Part shown: piece after piece, positions 54,587 to 63,394 of the stretch
Position numbering within the stretch: position 1 is the stretch's first letter
Layout: every line of letters starts with the position of its first letter
DNA from: Candidatus Poribacteria bacterium
GTDB lineage: Bacteria > Poribacteria > WGA-4E > WGA-3G
Assembly (NCBI GenBank): GCA_965214045.1
Contig: OZ243935.1
Coordinates: 2,316,994-2,380,993 of the forward strand
Length of the DNA stretch: 64,000 nt
Direction of reading: 5' to 3'
Notes under the pieces: model-generated
What the model was told of the DNA's origin: nothing
Database searches by the model: none
Seen by the model: the letters and a program-made list of their open reading frames with translations, nothing else
Program-made: the position numbers and the translations under genes

Positions 54587-56365
54587 TTAGAAACGACCTG
54601 AGCGTAAAATAGAGATTACCAATCCGAATCCGAAAAAAGTTGCAGTCAGATAACCCATGATGCCGAGAAAAAACTTCCATTCCCAAATTTCAGCGACTTG
54701 TAGGATGATCGACGAGCCTACAATCAATGAGGCAATGATGAGGCTAAAAGCGATCCGATTGACAACTCGATCGAATACCTTAATCACTGCTTCAAGACTC
54801 AGATGCTCAAGTTCAAATTTAAGAGTACCTCGCTGTAATTTTTGCAAAATACGATGCAATTGAAGAGGCGTTTCACGGACCAATTCCGTGAAATCTTCCA
54901 TAGAATCTGCTATCTGTCGTTCCCATCGTTTACTTCCAAAATTTTGGACGAGAAATTGTGCGATATACGGTTCGCTGAATTTCAAGATATCGAAGTCAGG
55001 ATGCAGTTTCATCACAACCGATTCAACCGTCGCTACAGTCTTACCGAGCATTAAAAAGGCTGGCGGTACATGAATTTGATGGCGCAATGATGCGTTAAAG
55101 ACTTCGTGAATTACCTCGCCGAGACGAAGTTTGCTCGGAGGCATATTGAAATGACGCTCCAAAAAATCGTACATTTCTAACTTTAACGCTGCGATGTCTG
55201 TTCCGTCCCCCAGAATACCCATTCGGATGTAGCTTCTAACGACTGCATCTACGTCTTTGGTTAACACGGCACTCAGCCAACTGCAGATATGCTGAAGCAT
55301 ATCGTTGCTTATCCTACCCACCATGCCGAAGTCTACCAGTCCAATCCGTCCATCCTCTAAAACGAAGATGTTCCCCGGATGCGGATCCGCGTGGAAAAAT
55401 CCATCGTTCAGCACTTGCGTATAGAACATTTCCACGAGTGTCTCAGCGAGTTCCGCCCGATCAAACCCCATCTCATCCAATTGCGCGATTGCGTTGATTG
55501 GTACACCGTCGATCCGTTCCAAAGTCAAAACACGACGATTCGTGAATTCCCAATGAACTTTGGGAATTTTCACCTTCAGTGATGTTGCGAATCTCTGGTG
55601 GAAAGCATCCGTATTTGCGGCTTCGATTGTAAAATCGATCTCCTTCCGAATCGAGCGTGAGAACTCGCGGACGAGTTCAGTCGGTTTGAACAGATGCATC
55701 TCTGGGTCTCGATTTTCGAGCCGTTCTGCTAACTCCATCAATAAGTTGAGATCCGTCTGAATAATCGTTGCCACGCGTGGACGTTGGACTTTAACGACTA
55801 CCGGTTCACCTGTCTCTAACGTTGCTGCGTGCACCTGTGCGATTGAAGCCGCCGCGAATGGCTGCTGTTCGTAGGTTAAGAAAACCTTCTCAAGCGGCAA
55901 TTCAAATTCCTTTTCAATGGTAGTGCGTACCTCTGAGAAATCGAACGACTGTGCGTGTCGTTGCAGTTTCTGGAACTCGGTGCTCCACGCCAATGCGTCT
56001 TCTTGTCCAACGAGTTCAGAGAGAATGTCCACCCGGGTGCTGAGAACTTGCCCTAATTTAACGAACGTTGGTCCCAACTCTTCAAAGGCAAGTCGCAAAC
56101 GCTCTGGAACAGATAGGAGTGTCCCTGAGGTGTTTTCATCTGAATCCTTTCTCGCATTTCGGAAATCCCACCATCTCGATTTCTGGGAGTGGGTCTCTTC
56201 TCTCGCCTTCCGCGTGAACATACTTTTGAGTCTGAAACGACTTGTCCGTCCTCGCTCAAAGATTTGAGAGATGATATGTCCGAAGCCGTGTCTCGCCAGG
56301 ACGCTAACAATCTCAGGTAGACGTTTGGCACTTTTGAGTTTACGATTCAGGTTCAGGATGCGCAT
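54587..56365 (-). CDS. ubiB: ABC1/UbiB-family atypical protein kinase
   Basis: 592 aa. ADCK/UbiB kinase-like domain with a KxGQ-like motif (...FVKLGQVLSTR...). C-terminal transmembrane helices. Confidence 0.7.
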   Translation of the reverse strand: MRILNLNRKLKSAKRLPEIVSVLARHGFGHIISQIFERGRTSRFRLKSMFTRKAREETHSQKSRWWDFRNARKDSDENTSGTLLSVPERLRLAFEELGPTFVKLGQVLSTRVDILSELVGQEDALAWSTEFQKLQRHAQSFDFSEVRTTIEKEFELPLEKVFLTYEQQPFAAASIAQVHAATLETGEPVVVKVQRPRVATIIQTDLNLLMELAERLENRDPEMHLFKPTELVREFSRSIRKEIDFTIEAANTDAFHQRFATSLKVKIPKVHWEFTNRRVLTLERIDGVPINAIAQLDEMGFDRAELAETLVEMFYTQVLNDGFFHADPHPGNIFVLEDGRIGLVDFGMVGRISNDMLQHICSWLSAVLTKDVDAVVRSYIRMGILGDGTDIAALKLEMYDFLERHFNMPPSKLRLGEVIHEVFNASLRHQIHVPPAFLMLGKTVATVESVVMKLHPDFDILKFSEPYIAQFLVQNFGSKRWERQIADSMEDFTELVRETPLQLHRILQKLQRGTLKFELEHLSLEAVIKVFDRVVNRIAFSLIIASLIVGSSIILQVAEIWEWKFFLGIMGYLTATFFGFGLVISILRSGRF

Positions 56366-56625
56366 GAGGTTTACGTCTCTTTATAAGTCTGGCAATACCG
56401 CTCTTAAAATTTTACACGAAAAATTGTGTGGAGTCAAGAAAAATCTCATGCACACAAACATTCGTGAACATAATCTTGATATATTGCCATAACGCTGGTA
56501 TAATTTTGCTTGGGGAAACAGACAGAGAGTTCGCAAGTGGTGTTGAGAACTGGAATCGATACTCCTTTTACATCTAACGGGAGAAAGATCGCTCACACCC
56601 TACAGTATACCGAACAGGAGATCAA

Positions 56626-57516
56626 ATGTCTAAACATCAACTTTATTATGGCGACAACCTCGAAATTCTTCAGAAGTATGTTTCTGATGAAAGCATCAAT
56701 CTGATTTACATTGATCCGCCGTTTAACACCGGAAAACTCCAACAGCGCACGGAGATTCAGGTAGAACTTGATGCCGATGGTGATCGGGTCGGCTTCCAAG
56801 GAAGAACATACCGAACCCTCACAGGCAAGACCATGCATTATACCGATAAGTTTGAGAGTTCGGATGCGTATTTACAATTTTTGAGACCGCGTTTTGAGGA
56901 GGCGTATCGTGTGCTTCATCCGCACGGGAGTTTCTTCCTCCATATTGATTATCGCGAAGTGCATTATTGTAAAGTGATGCTTGATGAAATTTTCGGGCGA
57001 GAATCTTTCGTCAATGAGATTATTTGGGCTTACGATTATGGAGGGAGACCCAAGTCGAGGTGGCCTGCCAAACATGATAACATCTTGTGGTATGCCAAAA
57101 CGCCGGAAGACTACACCTTCAATTTCGACGAGATGGATAGAATTCCGTATATGGCACCTGGGTTGGTCGGTAAAGAGAAAGCGGCACGTGGCAAAACACC
57201 GACTGATGTTTGGTGGCACACCATTGTTGCCACCAATGGAGGTGAAAAGACCGGCTATCCTACACAAAAGCCGCTCGGAATCCTTAACCGTATCGTCAAG
57301 GTGCATTCATCATCGAGTGATACACTTTTAGATTTTTTTGCTGGCAGCGGCACATTGGGTGAAGCTGCAGCACTACACGATTGCTCCTCAATTTTAATCG
57401 ATGATAATATTCCCGCAATTAGCCTAATTATGGGGAGAATGGCTCCTTATGGTGTCGAACTCATCAATGCTGATTACGCAACATTGTGCACGCCGCAGAT
57501 AGAAAGCGGGATCTAA
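56626..57516 (+). CDS. DNA methyltransferase, beta-class (N6-adenine or N4-cytosine), apparently solitary
   Basis: Motif IV DPPF (IYIDPPFNTG) precedes motif I FAGSGT (DFFAGSGTLGEAA), the beta-class order. No restriction endonuclease candidate is adjacent. Confidence 0.7.
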   Translation: MSKHQLYYGDNLEILQKYVSDESINLIYIDPPFNTGKLQQRTEIQVELDADGDRVGFQGRTYRTLTGKTMHYTDKFESSDAYLQFLRPRFEEAYRVLHPHGSFFLHIDYREVHYCKVMLDEIFGRESFVNEIIWAYDYGGRPKSRWPAKHDNILWYAKTPEDYTFNFDEMDRIPYMAPGLVGKEKAARGKTPTDVWWHTIVATNGGEKTGYPTQKPLGILNRIVKVHSSSSDTLLDFFAGSGTLGEAAALHDCSSILIDDNIPAISLIMGRMAPYGVELINADYATLCTPQIESGI

Positions 57517-57690
57517 TGTTCTCATTCCGTTCCAAAAATCAGAAACTGTTTCTTTGACCATCTTTATTAAAGAAGGGTGTTCTACGTTGTGACGGTAGGG
57601 GCAAAGGGAAACTGGATCTTACTAAAGATAGAAGTTTCCGCTTGATTTTCATTGAGAAACTGAATATAATGAACGATGGAGGCACGGATA

Positions 57691-58356
57691 ATGAAAACAT
57701 TTAAGGAGATTTCAGAGCAGATTCGAGAAAATATAAACCAATTTCTGGAAGCAGTTGACGATGCCGAACCACTGCTTGAGAAAACCATCGTTGACATGAA
57801 AGTGCGGCTCGATGAGGCGAAAGATCTCGTAGCAATAGCAATCGCAGATGAAGGGACGCTCAAACGCGCCTATCAGGAGGCTGTTGATACAGCAAACGTA
57901 TGGGATGAAAAGGCTGACGCTGCTTTACAGAATCAGGATACAGCAGGGGCGAGCGAAGCGCAACGACGCAGGCAACATTACCTGAACCTGGCAGATGGTT
58001 ATAAACGTCAAATTGCTGCTCAGGCGGCAGTCGTAACGACCCTCAAAACAGCACTTCACGAATTTTATCAGCAATTCCAAAGCGCAGCGGGGCACGCTGA
58101 GCACCTATCCCACCGTCAGAAACAAGCAAAGACGCGCTCGGAACTCTATCAATTAATCGCGGCAGCGGAAAATGCGATCTCCACAGTTTTGGCGCGGTCT
58201 GAAGAAAAATTAAAAACGACGGAGGAAAAGGCAGAAATCTGGGAAAACCAAAATCGCCGCGATGCCACTGATGTGACAAAAAACGCAGACAATCCTAATC
58301 TCGACCAAGTGCTTGCAGAACTTAAAAGTGATGTCTTAGGCAGCAATCGCAAATGA
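57691..58356 (+). CDS. pspA: PspA/IM30-family protein
   Basis: About 220-aa all-coiled-coil protein. The N-terminus MKTFKEISEQIRENINQFLEAVDDAEPLLEKTIVDMK and the PspA/IM30 coiled-coil pattern fit. Confidence 0.65.
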   Translation: MKTFKEISEQIRENINQFLEAVDDAEPLLEKTIVDMKVRLDEAKDLVAIAIADEGTLKRAYQEAVDTANVWDEKADAALQNQDTAGASEAQRRRQHYLNLADGYKRQIAAQAAVVTTLKTALHEFYQQFQSAAGHAEHLSHRQKQAKTRSELYQLIAAAENAISTVLARSEEKLKTTEEKAEIWENQNRRDATDVTKNADNPNLDQVLAELKSDVLGSNRK

Positions 58357-59111
58357 TTAAAACCTTGAGTTTGACAAAATATTTCGGTAAATTGTGTGCT
58401 GTAGATGCATTGACACTTGAGGTGGATGCCGGTGAGATATTCGGATTCCTCGGACCGAATGGGGCAGGAAAGACGACGACAATCAATATGCTGACGGGCT
58501 TACTCCGTCCAACATCTGGCACTGCAACGCTTGGCGGGTATGACATTCAGAAGCAGAGTTTACAGGCGAAAGCGATTCTTGGACTGATGCCGGATACGCC
58601 TCAACTTTATGAAGCATTGAGTGGTAGACAGTTTGTCCGTATGATAGCGGATTTATATGAAGTGCCATCAGAGCAAGCCGAAAATGAGATGGGCGTGCTC
58701 CTTGAGCAACTTGAACTTGCCGATGCTGCTGATGACCAGATCAAAGGGTATTCTTATGGCATGCAGAAGAAGATTCTGCTCATCTCGGTTCTTGTACACC
58801 ATCCGCGAATTCTTTTCCTCGATGAACCGACCAGTGGTCTCGATCCGAGGAGTGCCCGTACTGTCAGGGAAATCTTGCGCGAACGGTGTGAGCGCGGTTC
58901 TACTGTATTTATGACAACACACATCCTTGAAATTGCCGAGCGTATTTGCGATCGCGTCGGTATTATCAGTAAGGGACAACTTATTGCTGTCGGAACCCTT
59001 GCGGAATTGCAGCAGCAGAAGCAGGAATACCACGGACGACCTGTTGATGTTAGCCGTAACCGGACAGAGACACTTGAGGATATTTTTCTTGATCTTACGG
59101 CGGATTTTTAA
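58353..59111 (+). CDS. ABC transporter ATP-binding protein
   Basis: Walker A GPNGAGKTTT. Signature-like and Walker B blocks (ILFLDEPTSGLD). Confidence 0.85.
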   Translation: MIKTLSLTKYFGKLCAVDALTLEVDAGEIFGFLGPNGAGKTTTINMLTGLLRPTSGTATLGGYDIQKQSLQAKAILGLMPDTPQLYEALSGRQFVRMIADLYEVPSEQAENEMGVLLEQLELADAADDQIKGYSYGMQKKILLISVLVHHPRILFLDEPTSGLDPRSARTVREILRERCERGSTVFMTTHILEIAERICDRVGIISKGQLIAVGTLAELQQQKQEYHGRPVDVSRNRTETLEDIFLDLTADF

Positions 59112-59134
59112 TTATACCTTGCGGTTCAGTCAGG
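59105..59134 (-). repeat. reverse-complement core motif at the 3' end of the ABC ATPase gene
   Basis: tttttaattataccttgcggttcagtcagg is the reverse complement of cctgactgaaccgcaaggtataattaaaaa. It overlaps the stop codon of the 58353-59111 gene. Confidence 0.7.
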
Positions 59135-59167
59135 TCAATAGGCAGTCACCAGCCAATTGTTAAAAAG

Positions 59168-60826
59168 ATGCTAAAAAATGTAATAATTCTGCTAAGAGCG
59201 GATTTACAAGGGTGGTTGAATCGTCTTAGGGGTGATGGAGAAGCGTGGCGAAAAGCCGCTTTAAAGGGTATCGGTTACCTCGTTTTCATCGTTGCATTAT
59301 CGGTGTTGGGTAACTCCCTTTTCACACATTTACGGCTGACTGAGGCAGAGCCGACGCTTCTGCTGGGTGTAATTAATGGATTCATGGTCTTTGGGATTAT
59401 TGTCATTGCCAAGGAATTGATGGAGAGTTCACTGAAAAGTTTATACGAGGCACCGGACACCGCACTGTTACACGCGGCACCGGTTCAACCGGTCGCGATT
59501 TTCGGATATAAGTTCATTCATCTCACTATCACGCGCTTTCTGAGTATCCTCTGTTTTCTGGGACCTCCATGGGTAGCCTTCGGTCTGATATTTGAATTGC
59601 CATGGCATTTTTACGCCGTACTATTTCCGGTGTGCTTGTGTCTTTTGGTAATGATCGCAGGTTATGTTACCATCAGCGTAATGTTGATCGCACGTTTCTT
59701 TTCGTCTGGGTGGCTCCTCGCGACACTCAAGGTGCTCGGTACTGCAATCGGCGTAACGGTAGGTTTTCTGTTATCGTTGATACTGTTTTTCGAGTTTGAA
59801 CCGATCCATATAAAGCAATTTTTGCTCAATTGGGCTTCTGAAAGGACGGTGGATACGACTGCCTCGTGGTATCCACACGAGTGGATTGGAAAACTGCTGT
59901 TGAGTTGGGTGACTGAATCCACAATAGGGGTCCGATTGAGATGGGCACTCGGAGGTATCGGTGGAAGTCTCACCGCTGTTGGGATGGCGACGCTCGTCGC
60001 GCAGCTAATTTATCAGCGCGGTTGGGAAAACATTCGGCAGTTGAAGGTTTCCAAGCGGAAACCCGTGCGGAGCCCCGATGCTACTAAAGTATCACATCTG
60101 GAACGCATGCGGCTTGCGCTCGGACGTGGTAAGATACGGTCTATGATGCTAAAGGACTTTCTCATTTTCGCTCGGCATAGTGGACGCTTAATTGCCGTTG
60201 TGATGCTTACACTATTTTTGGTAGTTCACATCGCCGTCTTATTCGTGTATGAAGGTGGCGCAGATACGAACGCTGGGCTGGTTCTTACTGTGCAGATAGT
60301 CCTTTATAGTATGCTTATTACCTACGGTATCAGTTGTAACGGTCTTCGAGATGAGGGAAAAACATGGTGGATGCTGAAAGCCGCCCCTGTTACACCAAAG
60401 TTAGTGTTCACGAGTAAATTCTTGACTGCGCTTTTCTGTGCGTTGATTTATGCTGAATTCTGGTCTCTGTTTGCCGTTTGTCTACTCCAAATACCGACAG
60501 ATGCTTGGATACCGGTACTGCTAACACCTCTCTTAACACTCCCGACTGCGTGTGCCTTGAATACAGCGATTGGGACTTTGTCGTGGATGGCGGAATTGAC
60601 ACATTGGGGAAATACCCTATCAAAAACACCGAAGCCGATCTTGCGGGTTTTAACGTTCACCGTGACGCTCATTATTGATGTTGCACTTGTCCTCGCGCCG
60701 GTAATAGCGTGGTATACGGAAAGTTTCATTGCGTTTGTCGGGTTGGTAATTCTCCTTGTAGGTGTATTCGGAATATCTTATAGATGGGGAGTAAGGAACC
60801 TCCGTAGGTTGTTGGTTGCACAGTAG
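59168..60826 (+). CDS. polytopic membrane protein, probable permease partner of the upstream ABC ATPase
   Basis: 552 aa with about 12 predicted transmembrane helices. No specific family recognised. Confidence 0.5.
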   Translation: MLKNVIILLRADLQGWLNRLRGDGEAWRKAALKGIGYLVFIVALSVLGNSLFTHLRLTEAEPTLLLGVINGFMVFGIIVIAKELMESSLKSLYEAPDTALLHAAPVQPVAIFGYKFIHLTITRFLSILCFLGPPWVAFGLIFELPWHFYAVLFPVCLCLLVMIAGYVTISVMLIARFFSSGWLLATLKVLGTAIGVTVGFLLSLILFFEFEPIHIKQFLLNWASERTVDTTASWYPHEWIGKLLLSWVTESTIGVRLRWALGGIGGSLTAVGMATLVAQLIYQRGWENIRQLKVSKRKPVRSPDATKVSHLERMRLALGRGKIRSMMLKDFLIFARHSGRLIAVVMLTLFLVVHIAVLFVYEGGADTNAGLVLTVQIVLYSMLITYGISCNGLRDEGKTWWMLKAAPVTPKLVFTSKFLTALFCALIYAEFWSLFAVCLLQIPTDAWIPVLLTPLLTLPTACALNTAIGTLSWMAELTHWGNTLSKTPKPILRVLTFTVTLIIDVALVLAPVIAWYTESFIAFVGLVILLVGVFGISYRWGVRNLRRLLVAQ

Positions 60827-61129
60827 CAGAAACCGGGCATGTAATACAAGAAACGGATTTCGTCTATTCCCAGACTAAATCTCTGAGACTGCACTCAGTT
60901 GATACTAAAGTTTGGACAATTTTAAAAAATGAGCAAAGTTGCCCCTGAGATGCCTTCTTCTGTAGCATAGACTGTTAGTCTGCGCCTCCATAGCATAACG
61001 GGTTTTATGGGTTTCGAGCATCCTGATTAACTTTTTACGGGAATTGACGGAATGAAAGCCCAATGCTTTAGCTTTGGGCTTTCATTCCGCCGTTGTGGAA
61101 AGGACCAAACGCCAAAACGCCATTTTTGA

Positions 61130-61158
61130 GTTGACATTGCGTCCACATTGTGGTATAA
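61130..61158 (+). promoter_or_regulatory. sigma70-type promoter, perfect consensus (TTGACA-17 bp-TATAAT)
   Basis: TTGACA at 61130-61135 and TATAAT at 61153-61158. Confidence 0.5.
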
Positions 61159-61258
61159 TGAGAGTATCACGTTGGACCGACATTCATAGCATTGCCGCTT
61201 GGTAATGTGTCGGTCCTACCCACTATGAAGGGGTTAAAGGCATGATACGTGAAAGTCC

Positions 61259-62368
61259 ATGAAAACAGAAAAATACGAGTTCTACCATCAATCTAACTTA
61301 ATACAGATCGGCAATTTGATTGACGATTTGCATGGTGTGCATGTTCACCTGTTGATGTTGCAGAGACGCTATTATCGTATCTATGGTAAATATGCGTCTT
61401 TTTCCCGCATCTGCAATCATATCACGAAGCTAAAACAGCGGACGAAACCGCAGTGGAATCAACTACCGAGTCAGGTCCTCCAACAAGTCGCAAAGCGTAT
61501 TCACTTGGGATACGAAAAGTTTTTTGACAACATTAAAGACCGCAAAGCCGGTAAAACAAAACGTAAAGTCGGTAGACCGAAAATCAAGCCGACTCATAAA
61601 TATAACTCCTTGACGTTCACACAAGCAGGTTTCAAAATAGAAGGCAATCGTCTAAGAATCAACTGTCTCGGTAAGTCGTTCACGTTTTGGAAGCACCGCG
61701 ACTGGACAGGCACGATAAAGACGGTAACACTCAAACGTGATAATGTAGGCGACTACTCTCTATACCTAAGTTGTGAGGACTGCGAACTCTCCGAGAAACT
61801 CCCTTTGACCGGTAATGTGGCAGGGGCGGACTTCGGAATGAAAACATTCCTCACCCTTTCAGATAACACGAGAATAACGTCCCCCGAATTCTACAAGCAA
61901 GGTCTCAACGCAATCCGTTCGGCAAACAAGGCACTCTCCCGTAAGCAATATCTTTCGAGTGGCTGGTATCGTGCGAAGCGTCACCTCTGTCGTATTCATA
62001 AGAAAATAGCAAATCAGAGACGCGATTGGTACTTCAAATTGGCCCTTCGACTTGTGCGTAAATACGATAAGATTGCGATAGAGACGCTCAATCTTGAGGG
62101 TATGAAACGCCTCTGGGGACGCAAAATCTCTGACCTTGCCTTCGGCGAATTCGTCTTGATCCTCGAGTGGACATGTGCCAAATACGGCAAAACATTGTTG
62201 AAAGCAGGTCGTTGGACCCCTACGACAAAGCCGTGTTCGGCTTGTGGACATCCCAACGAAAATCTAACGCTTTCAGATAGGCAGTGGATATGCCCTGACT
62301 GTGGTTCACACCACGATAGGGACGTAAACGCTGCTATCAACATTTTGCAGGCTGGGGTACCCGCGTAA
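61259..62368 (+). CDS. tnpB: TnpB (IS605 OrfB family), third copy
   Basis: 369 aa. RuvC-like GADFGMKTFLTLSD. C-terminal CSACG...CPDCG zinc ribbon. Only distantly related to the other two copies. Confidence 0.8.
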   Translation: MKTEKYEFYHQSNLIQIGNLIDDLHGVHVHLLMLQRRYYRIYGKYASFSRICNHITKLKQRTKPQWNQLPSQVLQQVAKRIHLGYEKFFDNIKDRKAGKTKRKVGRPKIKPTHKYNSLTFTQAGFKIEGNRLRINCLGKSFTFWKHRDWTGTIKTVTLKRDNVGDYSLYLSCEDCELSEKLPLTGNVAGADFGMKTFLTLSDNTRITSPEFYKQGLNAIRSANKALSRKQYLSSGWYRAKRHLCRIHKKIANQRRDWYFKLALRLVRKYDKIAIETLNLEGMKRLWGRKISDLAFGEFVLILEWTCAKYGKTLLKAGRWTPTTKPCSACGHPNENLTLSDRQWICPDCGSHHDRDVNAAINILQAGVPA

Positions 62369-62726
62369 CACTGCGCGATAAAGCCGTCCGATCGCACCTT
62401 CGTGAATGCGGCGGAGACGGAATAATAGCCTGCCGGTGGAACGACAGTCAGACGTTCAAACCTCTGGTAAGAACGCAGTTGTGAAGAAACCGAAGCCCAC
62501 GCCTTTAGGCGTTGGGTAGTATCACCAACTTGCGTAGATTGTATCTTGAACATAACTCGATTTCGGATTTCTCACCGCTCTCCGAATTATCTGAGCACAC
62601 GATTATTAGTAAACGTGGCAATCCCAGTATTCCGCAAAGCACGTCTGTGCATAACTACAACGGCACTCCCGCGACGCGGCGGATGTTGGTTTTAAAATAA
62701 AATTCTTAAAAAAGAAAGCAGAAAAA

Positions 62727-63239
62727 ATGTTGATAGAATATGAAGGCATAACACCAGATGTGCATCCCTCTGTTTTTGTCGCTCCAGGGGCGATGATTAT
62801 TGGTGATGTAACGATTGGGCAAGAATCGAGCATTTGGTTTAACAGCGTGCTCCGAGGGGATTTAGAACCGATCCGAATCGGGTGTCGCACCAACGTTCAG
62901 GACGGTGCAGTGATACACATGGACAAAGAAATTCCGTGTCTTATCGGCGATGACGTTACGATCGGACACGGTGCGATCCTCCATAGTTGCACTATTGGGG
63001 ATGGGGCACTCATCGGCATGGGAGCGATTCTCCTAACGGGTTCGGTAATTGGTGAGAATGCGGTTGTTGCGGCTGGCACGCTTGTCCGCGAAGGACAAGA
63101 AGTCCCACCGAGTGCCGTTGCAATGGGAGTCCCTGCAAAAGTACGGCGTGAGGCTACCGAGGCGGAACTTGAACGCGTCCGACGCGGTAAGGACGATTAT
63201 GTCTTACGTGGCAAACTGATGCAAAAATCTGCGTCGTAG
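62727..63239 (+). CDS. gamma-class carbonic anhydrase / hexapeptide-repeat protein (CaiE/PaaY/YrdA-like)
   Basis: 170 aa. Left-handed beta-helix hexapeptide repeats. The His ligands are conserved (...IHMDKE...GHGAILHSC...). Confidence 0.75.
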   Translation: MLIEYEGITPDVHPSVFVAPGAMIIGDVTIGQESSIWFNSVLRGDLEPIRIGCRTNVQDGAVIHMDKEIPCLIGDDVTIGHGAILHSCTIGDGALIGMGAILLTGSVIGENAVVAAGTLVREGQEVPPSAVAMGVPAKVRREATEAELERVRRGKDDYVLRGKLMQKSAS

Positions 63240-63368
63240 GGGTATCCTCAAGCATAACGCGTTTATTTTTAGGGTTATTGAAAAATTAAGAATTGAACAG
63301 TGCGCGTCCGCCCAAGCATCGCGCCGGATTGGGTATACGGGGAAGGTCGTTCTCGTAGAATTACCCTT

Positions 63369-63394
63369 ATCGAACCGCAAGGAAAAATTAAAAA
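63369..63394 (+). repeat. core motif copy abutting an ATG
   Basis: atcgaaccgcaaggaaaaattaaaaa followed by ATG 63395. Confidence 0.8.

Larger units (their letters stand above)
61040..62520 (+). mobile_element. IS200/IS605-family element carrying only tnpB (third copy, distinct subfamily)
   Basis: Left-end hairpins (ggaatgaaagcccaa...ttgggctttcattcc and ggaccgacat...atgtcggtcc). A perfect consensus promoter. tnpB itself. A structured 3' flank of about 150 nt. Boundaries approximate. Confidence 0.5.
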
